Origin: Catajapyx aquilonaris
Lineage: Eukaryota
Length of the DNA stretch: 57,696 nucleotides
Direction of reading: 5' to 3'
Assembly (NCBI GenBank): GCA_000934665.2
Contig: JYFJ02002388.1
Coordinates: 1-57,696 of the forward strand
Of the stretch, positions 24,925 to 37,082 are shown one piece after another. Position 1 is the stretch's first letter. Every line of letters starts with the position of its first letter. The notes below the pieces were generated by a model. That model was given only the letters and a program-made list of their open reading frames with translations. It was not told the DNA's origin and searched no databases. A program made the position numbers and the translations under genes.

Positions 24925-27107
24925 ATGAAATTCCCACTCCTGGGTTTTGCTCTTTGCATCAACGCCCTCTGGGTTTTGGCCATCCGACCGGATGATGCCA
25001 AACCAAGTGGCGAATCATCCGAACGGATCAGGTTCATCCAACAGAGAAGACATGGCATCCGGTGGCCGTCCAGATCCCTAGTTCCGGAGGTCCAGCGGTC
25101 ATTTTCCAACCGTCGTCTGGATGTCCGACCATCAGGTCAAAACGGGTTCGCCAACAACATGGACGCGACCAAGAACATGTCCACGGACGATGCTTATGTC
25201 ACCTTCCAAAGGGTGAAACTAAAAGATCCGGATGGCCGCACGCTCGTGTACAGGCTTGCATCGTTAGAGTCAGAAGAAGAGGACGATTATGACGACGAAG
25301 ATGTCCAAAACACTACTAGTATTTCCAACATCAAGAAGGAGTTTGAAAAGCTGACTCCTGCCGACATTGTCCGGTTGGTCAAGAAACTAGAAAAAGCAGG
25401 TGAGTCATTTTGTGAGAAAACTTGACGAGCAATTTATGACGTATTGTGACAGCCGAACAGGAGTTGTCCCAACCCGCACTGCGCAGTGATGACGACGACG
25501 ATAGTAGCGACGAGGACGACGACGAGGACAATGAGGACGAGGACAGAATAAAGGACGAAAAGGAAGACCTACCAGAAGACCTGAACTCCCTGACGGAAGA
25601 CATTGCGGACGACGTGGCCGCTGGAGTGGAAGAAGCACTCCGGATCACATCAAGTATGTGTACCAACCGCATTATTAACGGTCGCCGTTTTAACGAACGA
25701 CAAAAACCTCTTGTTTCCTTCCTCTCCCCCCTCAGGGCCTTCTGACTACGAGGCGTGGAAAAAGTCGAATACAACCCTGCAGCACCGTAAGTGACAAAAA
25801 TGCAAGCTTCTTCCTTGTCTTTACGGTGTGAATTAAAAACCAGCCTTCTTGGTCAGGTTACTTCACGGTGCACCTGTATCAGGGTCACTACTTCCCGGAA
25901 CCTCGGCTGAACCGATTCATAGATGGAATAGTTGGAAACATCAAGTCAGAGGTACGCACCACCAGGATGGATCCGCTGTACTTCAGAGTGGTCAGACACG
26001 GCCGAAAAATAGCTGTCACGTAAATATAATAATTGAATGTCGCGCTATTGTTCGCATGTCAAAGAACAGTTAAGTAATTTTTGGGTGGCGTTGTCACACA
26101 GGGGAGGACGTCTGAGACGACCTCTGGTCCGATTACCGTTCAGGAGACGACCGGCTTTGGGCACAGCCAGGGGGAGAAGGCCGGCCAGAAGGAGGAGGAG
26201 GAGGAGAAGGAGAAGGAGGAAACCGGGGAGGAGAAGGAGAAGGAGGAGGCGTCGACGACCCAACCGACGCAGGCCAGGGAAACGACCGCTCGTCACTCGA
26301 AGGTTCGATGCACTGTCTCTTATAGGATTTCTGATTTTTATATATAGTAAAGAGTGGTAGTAATTACTATGTTTTTTGGGGTTAAAATAGTGATTTGATA
26401 ACTACTTGTTCGTAGGAAAAACGGAAGGCAAATTATCGGTGGCGGTCGAGTCGAAGGTCTCAGCAAGATCAAGAGAGACGGTGATGCTGAGATGCAAATA
26501 TTTGGAAATTACACCCTGGTATGACCTCAACCTATACGAAATCAGTTTCTGAAATATTTTAAGCGAATTTTAATAATATTCTAGATACGATCACACTACA
26601 AAATGGGAAAAGTCGAGTTGGCTTTGACATTCAGAACCCGACGTGGCATACGACGAACAGGAGCAACGTTGGACGACCTGAGGCTGCATTCGGTCACACG
26701 AGTCTCAGCAGATGGGTCCGAAATGATCGACTTCGTCCTGGACAGGTACGCTCAGTTTGATTCCAGAGAAGTCGTCATATTTTGAACTGAGACTAATATT
26801 TTAATACCGGTTTCTCCCCAGCCCTCACCCTGAAACAATCGAAGTTCGAGGCAGCCTCTTTCCTCTGGCCCATCGCATTGCCAGAAACATATTCGCAGCC
26901 TTATTCCGCGATGGCAGTTTCCTAATATCTCAGCTGCGCAGCTGTGGAGCTCACGCCATGCTGTCACGGCCTGCTGGATACCAAGAGGACAACCGACACC
27001 ACGCCGGAACATCGTATCCAACCACCATCCCTGAAAGCACTGGAAGGCCTCCATATGGCGGAGACATCATCATCACGTCCACTAAGAACACTTGGTGGCG
27101 AAAATAA
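24925..27107 (+). CDS. Secreted protein: acidic N-terminal region plus Group 7 mite allergen (Der p 7)/TULIP-like domain
   Basis: Signal peptide MKFPLLGFALCINALWVLA and D/E tracts. Spliced segments LNRFIDGIVGNIKSEVRTTRMDPL and GRVEGLSKIKRDGDAEMQ resemble Der p 7 (…TFDPM…VRGLKQMKRVGDANVK). Last exon ends ...TKNTWWRK* at 27107. Confidence 0.68.
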
Positions 27108-27436
27108 TTACCTGTTTTTCAACTCTCATAATTTACACGTATTTATTACCTGCACTGTACCATCCTCCATACTGTAACACAATGGCGTGTGATATGAAAA
27201 TAATACATGTCTGGAAATTGATGACACTGCCATTTTTGTCACCATCAACAATGATTATTTCCCCACATAAATCACTTCCGCGTATGACAGTCGGTTACAC
27301 CTGCGCATAGAAAATCGCGAAAGAACAACCAGCGTTTATGACAGTTTTCCTGCCTAGTTAGTAGGTCAGGATGGTGTATAAATAGACTGCGTGCGACAAA
27401 TTAGCGCCCCATTCTTTAGAATAACTGGGTGTCACT

Positions 27437-29256
27437 ATGAGGGTGTTAGCAACCTTTTTGATCGTACTGTCAGCGACACTTGCGGAGGAGTGTCGCTCTA
27501 TATTAGAGTGTGACCGATACGACAATGGTCGCACTGGAGAGCCGCTTTTCGTGACACAGCTGCTGGAGAGGCAAGATGGACAAGCTGCCAGAAAAGCTTC
27601 AAGGGTGCTCGGATTAGGTGACAAAGTAGAGAGCTACTCGGGGATGTTGACAGTCAACCAGAAGCATGATTCCAACGTGTTCTTCTGGTTTTTTCCCGCG
27701 TCGGTAAGCGCTGAATACTTTTGCTGGTTCTGTTACAGCTGGTTACTTCAAATTACATAATTTGTAGGATGCTGATCGTACGACTGCTCCTGTAATAGTG
27801 TGGATAGAAGGAAGGCCTGGATCATCCGTTCTGGAATCTATATTTAATCTGAACGGTCCTTATTATGTGGACAGCAGAATGAATTTACGTGTACGTGAGC
27901 AGTCATGGAGCAAGAATTTCTCAATGCTGTATTTTGACAGCCCTGTTGGGTCAGGTAAGGAGTTATCAATGTGACAGAAAAATTGTTGCTCATTGGCTGG
28001 TCTTTGTAGGCTTTAGTTACACTGGCAGCGAAGAAGGGCTGGCCACAACACAAGATGAAGTGGCGGACAACCTTTTAGTTGCAATCAAACAGTTTCTGCA
28101 GACGTTTCCAGAATATGAGAAAAACGAGATGTACTTGGGTGGCGAATTTTACGCTGGCAAAATCGTACCTGTTCTGGGGCAAAAAATGATCAAGGCGAAC
28201 AAAGCACCGGACGTGAATATCAATCTGAGAGGTATACAGTATATTATTACTTAACAATTGATGTGCGGAGAAAGTGCGTGGGCGGTAATGACTACGTACA
28301 TTTGAACAGGAATAATAATCGGAAACGGGTTGACCGACCCTGCGTCTGTGATGGACTTGAGTGATAACTTGTATCAAAGAGGGTACTTGGGATACAACGA
28401 CCGCCTTCACTTCCGACTGGAAGGAGAGAAAATCATGATGAAGATCCACCAAGGAAAACTTTCAGACGCCTTTCAGGTAATTACTAGTAATACGTATAAC
28501 AACGTTAGAAAAAAATCGGGATGTGTTATCATAACTGATATTAATGTAAGAGCTTCCAATAATTAATAATAATTATTCGACATACAATAACGTCAAAAAT
28601 AATCGCTTGAGCAGCTTTTACATGACACGATGTGAAAATTGCAGGACATGGACTCGCTTTTTGGAGGAATTATTGAGAAGCAGACCTACTTCTCCAAAGT
28701 GACCGGATTAGAAGGCCTTCACAGCCTAACCCGCCGCCAAAATCCTGACATAGAATTACTGTACAAACATTTCAGCAAAGCACCCTGTGCACGCAGATCT
28801 ATCCACGTTGGAGACTTGCAATTTGACGGTAATTCCACATAAACAATATACATATGTACCAAAAATAATTCTACTCATTTTTGAGCAGCCATGAACGAGA
28901 CTGTGGTCAACTATCTCCGAGGCGATTATCTCAAGTCAGCCAAAATCTACCTGGAAACCTTGCTAAATCGGGGCAATGTGTCGGCCCTCTTCTACACCAG
29001 ATCGGATCAGGTTCTGGCCGTGCCGTACAGCAACACGGTGCATTTCTTGTCTCATCTGCACTGGAGCAGAACGCCTGGGTTTCTCCAAGCGACTAGAACG
29101 ATCTTGAGAAAAGGAGAAAATGTGGTCGGATACGTGACTGATCTGAAGGACTTGCGGCATGTTGTATTTACAGACGCTGGAACAACCGATGCTGACTTTT
29201 CAGAACTGACCTTGGACGCCGTGACACAGTTTATAAGGAGTAAAAGTAAACCTTAA
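27437..29256 (+). CDS. S10 carboxypeptidase homolog copy 5, predicted catalytically inactive
   Basis: Signal peptide and intact exons, but WIEGRPG, GEFYAG (Ser to Phe, TTT at 28147-28149) and FTDAGTTDAD in place of RNAGHMVP. TATAAATA ~60 bp upstream. Confidence 0.9.
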
Positions 29257-30168
29257 AAAGCGAGACAATTCTGTGGGAAAAAAATGAATATTTAAAACAA
29301 GAAAAATCTGGAAACATGTCTTCGAGTGGAAAATAAAAGGAAGACTCACATTTTCGCGCTGTATGTTGATATTATTTAGCTTAAAACATAAATAAATTAT
29401 TACAATTAATTATAGCAAAAATTCAATATGTAGGGAGGTGTATTTTCCGAGTCAACAGTTCATGAGCAATGGAAATGGAGGTGAAGTTATGGATTGTTTA
29501 CTCCAGTTCGAAGAAAAGCAACAATCAAGTAAGGGTGATTGCTCCTTTTTAAATAGTTGCTTTGGATAAACCATCCATATAATCGTTTCCTATACCTCTG
29601 TTCAACTGAGGATTTGCGCATATATTTATAATATAATATTGAAAATGATTCCAAACTTAATTATAATACTGTACAAGGAATGTAGACTATTACAATGAAA
29701 TAATAATAATCGTTACTGTAAATAACTTACAGAAACATGTGGAAAATAATTATTAACAATAGAATAAATGAAAAAACGGTGCTGGATAATACTTTATTAT
29801 AGTACTGTAAGGCAGAGAAGGGAAGGAATAAATTATTTAAATTATTATTTAGCACTGTCCCTAATATTGAGAAGGCATGCCCAATCATCACTGCACATTA
29901 TTTCCAATAATGGTTTAGCCGCATGCAATACAGTACAAACTTCCAGTCACATAGTGCCTAATAATCAAGTCATTCTCTTCTGACCTTTTTGGTAAAAACA
30001 ATGTCTTAATTAGTTCTGGACAAAACTTATAAAAAAAGCAAGTGCGTGTAAATTAGAGGCAATGACGCATTTCCACACATCACTGGCTATTCGATGTCGA
30101 AAGTACACCTTTTCAAAGTTGACCCGATCTCAGAAGAAATTAGGGCTAGTTGTGTCAAAACATTGGAC

Positions 30169-31824
30169 ATGGAGAGAAGCATAACCCTCCTGATAGTCGC
30201 CTTAAGCTTAGCTAGAAGCGAAATGTATTCACCTCTATTTTTGACACCACTGTTAAACAAAAGAGACATCGAAGCTGCTCGAGAAGCATCGCACGTGACA
30301 GGAATGTCTACCGATGTGTGTAGTTACTCCGGTTTCTTCACAGTCAACAGAACCATCAACTCCAACCTTTTCTTCTGGTTCTTCCCATCTATGGTAAGTC
30401 CCAAGTCACACCCATTTGCTCGTGTTAATCGGATCTGTTTTTATCCGCCAGAATAACCCAAAGGAAGATCCTATCTTCCTGTGGATCAACGGAGGTCCAG
30501 GATTTTCGTCACTTTTCGGTCTGTTTGTGGAACACGGTCCTTTTGCTGTTGGTAATCAGTATCAGCTCTTACGTCGGAATCATACGTTGGTCAACTTAAT
30601 GTCTGTCATTTACCTGGATGCACCGGTTGGAACAGGTTAGTACTGGGGATTAGGTGTAATTATAAGGGAGTGAACCACCTTCTTTTGTAGGTTACAGCTT
30701 CACTGACTCTGAACTTGGTTATTCCAAGAGCCAGACGGATATATCTGATGATGTGTATGAAGCGTTGAGGCAGTTTTTTGCGATGTTTCCTGAATACCAA
30801 GAAAACGAGTTTTATCTCGGTGGAACATCCTACGCGGGTATAGACCTCTTACGTGTATGTAAAACCACCAATTAGTCGTAGAAAAAATAAACCGCGTCTT
30901 TTTTACAGGGAAATTTGCTTCGTCTATAGCCTATAAAATTCATTTGGAAAATTTTGGAGGAAATTGTAAGATCAACCTCAGAGGTATGTGCTGTCTATCT
31001 GTCATTATTATGTGCACGTGATTAATTACTACTTATCTAATTGGAGGAGTGGCACTGGGGAATGCTTTTCTGGATCCTCTAACAATGCTGCGGAATAGCG
31101 ACGTGCTCTACAATGTCGGACTGTTGGACAAGGTCAACAAAGACTATTTCGATAGCCAGTATGACCTGATACAACATCTAATTTTGTCCCAAAAATGGGA
31201 AGAAGCATTTTGGGTAAATTTTGTTTAAAGAGGACTTCCTTCAATATTTTAGTCCGAAATTAATCGACTTCTTTCAATTTGCAGATATATGACAATCTGT
31301 TTGCTGGAAGCTTGACCCCGTACATGAGCCACTTCCACAACATTACCGGATACAATTACGTCTTCAATTACATCCTAACTGATCGTCCTAAGAGCTGGAG
31401 CCGCTACCAGACATTGGTGACATCCTCACCATTACGAAGAGCAATCCACGTCGGAAACCTCACGTTCAAAGGATACAACAAGAACGTCCTGCGTCAATAC
31501 GTAACCGACTATATGCAATCGGTCAAAGGTCAAGTAGAGTCTCTCCTGGAGAACAACTACAGGGTGCTCATCTACAATGGAGTACTGGACTTGCGCGTGC
31601 CTTACACCAGCACGCTCTCATTTTTGGATTCGCTGATATGGGACGGTTTGCAGGATTTTATGGTTTCGCCTAGAAGAGTATGGAAATCACGTGCTGATGT
31701 GCTTGGTTACATTAAGTCTAGTAGAAACTTGCACCAAGTGACAGTGCGTAACGTTGGTCATCTGGTGGCAGAGGAACACCCCTCACTGTTTGTGGAATTA
31801 ATTAGATATTTTATTGATAAGTAA
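30169..31824 (+). CDS. Serine carboxypeptidase S10 copy 6
   Basis: Signal [47 protein letters not shown]. Confidence 0.9.
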
Positions 31825-33098
31825 TTTTTTGGATGAAGAGGTATTCTTAGGTCCAATTGCATGAATTCTACTTTAGAGTCAGTTTCTAATTATTACGAAT
31901 CATGTACATAATAGAAGGTTTGTGAAAGTAAATTAAGTCAAACCTTAGATTATTCCTAAGTAATCGCGACAAATGTCGAGCTTACCTGATGGCCTTATTA
32001 ATCACCTTAATGTAGTAGTCATAAAATAAATTTCTCGAACTGTTAATTTACGCACTTTTCGTTGTTTTTTCAAAAGCAGACAACTCAAGGTCATGGGCAA
32101 ATACATAGTAAGCTTGGCCTTGATTTTTTTTCACACGCATCCGGTGTGCTGCATGTCTGTTTATTGCTCAGTGAGTAGAACATGCACTTTTGTTTGCCCA
32201 TTGTAGGTCAACATGAATGACATTATCACTTAACCTTCTCTTGAACCTTCTAGTCTGGATGAGTAGCTTACACACCGTTTATTCATGGCAAGGTATATTC
32301 TATATAATTACAGAAGTAACACATCATTTACTTTTTTTTTCAAGTGAATTACTGGGTCAGTGACCATCCCACGCATAAATTATCACATTCGAAAATAATA
32401 ATGACTCATCTTTTATCTCTCAGATTTCACGTCCACTGACCTTATATCAGAACGGCCCTTGAATTTTGCGAACTCAAGTTCAGGTTAGCATCATCGCACA
32501 AAAAAGGTTGTTTGGTAAGTCGATGAGATCGGCCAAACTTGCCTTGGGAAGTGTTATTAACATTGAGAGAGGTTAAGGTCCTTTCATTCTATCTGGGGAA
32601 TTGGCTCTGATACTGCTGCAATATATGTGATAGCCTTTTGACTACCGGTAGTCTACTAGGCTAATTTCTTGGGGAATATGATTGTCGTGTTGTATTACAC
32701 ACAAGGCCAATAATAATGCAAGGGCTCAATATTAATTGTTCTGTGATAATAAATGTCACGTAATCATTCGTTTTTTTCCTTGTAATTATTGCCTTACACA
32801 ATATTATTCTGTAGGTGTGCTTACGTAAGTAACATATTGCGACCATATTTTCAAGCAAATTGACAGATATTGTGTTAGATTTTTAAACAAAGCTGTTTCT
32901 TCATGCTACCACTGTAACAGTCACTCCAAAAAATACATTACTTGTTAAAATCAACTCGAAAAATCTGCACACACTTCTGCGCATGCTGTGATAAACAGGT
33001 AACAAAAAACTTCACTGCACCTATAATTATGCATGCAGACCACGACTCCTCTTCGTATAAAAGTAAACCAGTCAGTTGTTAACTCCTGTCGGTTGAAA

Positions 33099-35564
33099 AT
33101 GGCAGCAGCATCACCAATTGCGGTAATATTGACAGCGGCGACACTACTTGCAAGCGCTGTTAGGTGCGAGGACACTACTACTAACATAGTGCCAATAGCA
33201 GCTGAGGATGTGGGCGAAAGACTGTTTTTGACGCCTTTCATTGAAACCAACGACATCGAGGGAGCCATACAGGCCTCTCAGGTCACAGGAATTCATCCGG
33301 ACATAACGAGCTACTCGGGATACCTGACTGTCAACAAAGAATATGCTTCGAATCTGTTCTTTTGGTTCTTCCCTGCCAAGGTATAAGTATATGTAAACTT
33401 TATGGTTTACCTGCATAATAATATGGCTCATTTTTCTCTCAGGTCAACCCAGAGGAAGCGCCGCTGATTTTGTGGCTCCAAGGTGGACCAGGGTTAACCA
33501 CACTCATTGGGCTCTTTCTTGAACACGGGCCTTTTTGTGTGGACAAGGATTTGAACGTCACCCTGCGAGAATATGCGTGGACTACTAATTATTCAGTCCT
33601 GTATGTGGATCAGCCTGTTGGAACTGGTAATGAATTATTTTACTGTGTTAATTATTAGGCAATAATTAGTTTTCAATTAAATACGTATTATCATATCGTA
33701 TCATATCATATCGTATTATTAAATACGTATTTTCCTCTGATATGATTACGGTAGGCCTACTTCAAAATTGCAAACATTTATTTGACAAAATGTACAGTAC
33801 AGATGCGGTATATAAAATGGAATATACGTCTCTCTCTAATAAGACCAAGAGTCTCATCATGTGATAATGGAATAAAATCTATATAAATAAATAATAACAA
33901 TCAACTATAGATGATTACGAAAAATTGATATTTTTACCAATGGATGTTAATTTAAACTGACGATAAATTAACAATATTAACATTAGGAATAATACTATTA
34001 TAATACAGGGTATCTCAACTTTTTTGTCCTAACAGTTATTGGAAATATTGCACTAAGGTGCTTATTTGTTAGCAGTGACTTGCAACTAGGGATGCTTCCG
34101 TGGCTTTATCAGTTGAGGGATGTGCCAGGAATGTTGGGGCATATTCTGGCTATACATAGCTAGAAGATACATAGGCTTTTCCGATAAGTGTTCGGACAAA
34201 AAAGTTGAGACACCCTGTATAATGAGTACTTATCATTCACTTTTGCTTTTAAAAACAGACATTAGAACTTGCGCACTGACACCATAATAATTATCATTTT
34301 GTCAGTGGCATAATATTGCTACGTTGAAAGTCAATATTGCCCGAACCATATGACATCAGTAGGTTACTAATTCAAACGGTACTTTGTTATTGTGTTAATT
34401 AGGCATTTACGGCGCAACTTTCCAGGCTTTAGTTACACCGAGAAGGAAAGTGGATACGCTCAGGATCAGACTGACATTGTCCGAGATTTGTTCAACTTCC
34501 TCCGTCAATTCTACGCCCTTTTCCCCGATTACCAGAACAATGACTTGTACATCGCAGGGCAATCGTACGGTGGTAAGTGCAATAAGTGCTACAACTTGCA
34601 GATTGATTCTTAAAAATAATTATCGAACACATCTTGGTTTCAGGCAAATACGTCCCTAGCATCACCTGGAAAATCCTGCAGGAGAATTTTGCCGAAGTTG
34701 AAGAAATGCAGTTTCATCTTAAAGGTATCTAAATCCTGAACAGTCCTTGGACACCACTAACCGACTGATCATTGTCAGGTGTGATGATTGGCAACGGTCT
34801 GACTGACCCCCACATCCAGCTTCGAGGGTACAGCGACTTCTTTTACCAGGTGGGACTGGTAGACCAACAAGGCCGAGACCACATGAAGCACATCGAAGAC
34901 CACTTCAGTCACCTCCTGGGCTCAGGCGAAGTGGTTGACGCCTTCAAGGTAAAACCAATTTGCGTACGTCTGCCCAACCAAGTTACGTCACCTGCAATTA
35001 TCTCAGGTTATCGACGCAATGGTGATTGGCGATCTCCACCAATACGATTCGTACATCAACAACGTGACCGGTTTGCACGGATCCTTCTTCAACCTGGTGT
35101 GGCCCGAAGACCCGGTGGACTGGACTTACTACCAGGCTTTGGTTAGAACCGGTCCTATCAGACGCGCATTGCACGTAGGCAACCAAAGCCACAGCCATGG
35201 AAACAAGGAAGTGTTCCGGACCATGAGAGAAGACATCTTGAATTCGACCAAGCCTGTTCTGGAGAACATCCTGTCCACTGGAAAGGTCAGGGTTTTGCTG
35301 TACCATGGTCTGCTTGACATGATCATACCGTACGTGCCAACCTCCGATTTTTACAACTCGTTGGTCTGGGAAGGAAGCAGAGAGTACACTTCTGCATCCA
35401 GGAAGGTTTGGAAGGTTGGAGGAAAGGTGGCCGGATACGTCAAGGAGACGTCCGATCTGGTGACTGTGGCCATTCGCAACGCAGGACACGCTGCTCCGTA
35501 CGACCAGCCGCACCTTACGTACGACATGATCAATCGGTTCATTAGCAACCGGTCATTTGATTAG
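33099..35564 (+). CDS. Serine carboxypeptidase S10 copy 7
   Basis: Signal MAAASPIAVILTAATLLASAVRC; WLQGGPG, GQSYGG, HGLLD, RNAGHAAPYDQP. TATAAAA at 33056. Confidence 0.92.
34004..34219. mobile_element. Tc1/mariner-type MITE in a copy 7 intron
   Basis: TA-CAGGGTATCTCAACTTTTTTGTCC...GGACAAAAAAGTTGAGACACCCTG-TA. Confidence 0.88.
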
Positions 35565-37082
35565 GGAAGATGGATGGCGTTGCGTAAGCTGGTGTGATAC
35601 AAGGGTGGGTGTCAGTTTTATGGGTTGACGAGCGATTTATTTACGAGCAATAACTTGGATTGTAGTCAGTCTGGGTACGTCCAGATTGGAGAAAAGATAA
35701 CAGGGTGTGTCATAACGATTCAGTTTATAGTCAAATCATAGCATCATAGTGGTGTCTCTTGGTTTCTGTAGTGTCCTTAGTGGGCTTCAACCACCCTGTA
35801 TTTCGGGGTGAATTGGACAAACTTAGGAGTGTACCAAATTCAATGTTGTGTAAGTGCATATGACTAGAAAATAACAAAAAAATATTGTGAAATGAATAAA
35901 ATTGTTATTCAACTTCAAATAACTAATCTGATATTTGCGGTATTGCAATAATTATGCATTTCGAATACAGTATGTTGCAACAATATGACTCTGTTTAGGT
36001 TCCTTTTGATTCTTTGTATACCAAAACTTACATGGTGAATCCCGGATGACCAATTGTTACTCCATGAACAAAATATTCCAAAAATTCGATGCAATTTCTC
36101 CAGTTAAAGTAATAAAAGCGAGGAAGGGTGGGTATATCCTCTATTTTTTTCCTAATGATGACTAATAGCTTTATTCCATGACGTGAAAATTTACTGTAGC
36201 GAGGACCACACCCACTTACATAACTATTGACGTGAACGAATAAATTGGCATCAATCAATTTATGAGTGAGAGTGATCACAGGCTGCAATCTCCCAGTTTT
36301 CCTTTGACTGTGTGGGTTTAACGAGGATTTTTTAAATTGATCCTAAACATAAAAAATATTTTTTATTGGGTGCTAATAATAATTTGTTTAAAATTATTGC
36401 TGGTACTACTATTTGGTATAAATCATTTTAAATATAAAAATGCACTGCATGAGTTATTGGCTGTGAATAAGGCAAGCAAAAGTACTTCTGAGAATCTCGA
36501 GCCAAATAAGTATGTTAAAATATATGGTTATGGTAAAACACAAACACTATACTTTGATATCTTATTAGTACGTAAATCCCATTAAGAAATAACAACTTGA
36601 AATACAATGTATTATCTCCCAACCATTTAGTAAACGTATAATCTTGTGCAAATTCAATTATATCTGATGCCGGAATGGCGAAGGATGCGAAATGGCATCT
36701 GGGCAATAAGGTAAATGACTTTTTGTCACGAAACAAGGTATGGTAACGAGCCCACCTGGTTATCCCGGCAATGAAAAAAAACAGCGTAAAACTCCTATTA
36801 TGAGAAATCTTTTCAAGGCCTCTGTCACACTATTTTTTTTTGTTATCCAACAATCCCCCTCGTTTCCGTCGAAAATGCCTCTTCCTTCCCTACCTCAAGG
36901 CCTGGAGCAAACAAACGCTGACCATGGGACGAGGCTGTTAAAAAATTTTCCGTTTTAAAAAATGTGCATAACTTAGGCATTCATTAGTGTACTTCCAAGG
37001 TTCGTTCACCCTCCGGGCAGCAGCTTCACACAGCAAAAGGATCTGCTTCGAGATACACCTTCTTGTCGGATTTTTGGAAAAG

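Noticed and set aside
26037..26360. Arg-rich ORF (+) and poly-Leu ORF (-) resembling a protamine or membrane peptide
   Set aside because: They are alternative-frame and antisense readings of the GAG/AAG-rich exon of the Der p 7-like gene.
35699..35800. Possible small CAGGGTG...CACCCTG MITE
   Set aside because: The inverted match is only ~8 bp and the left TA is imperfect; too weak to call.
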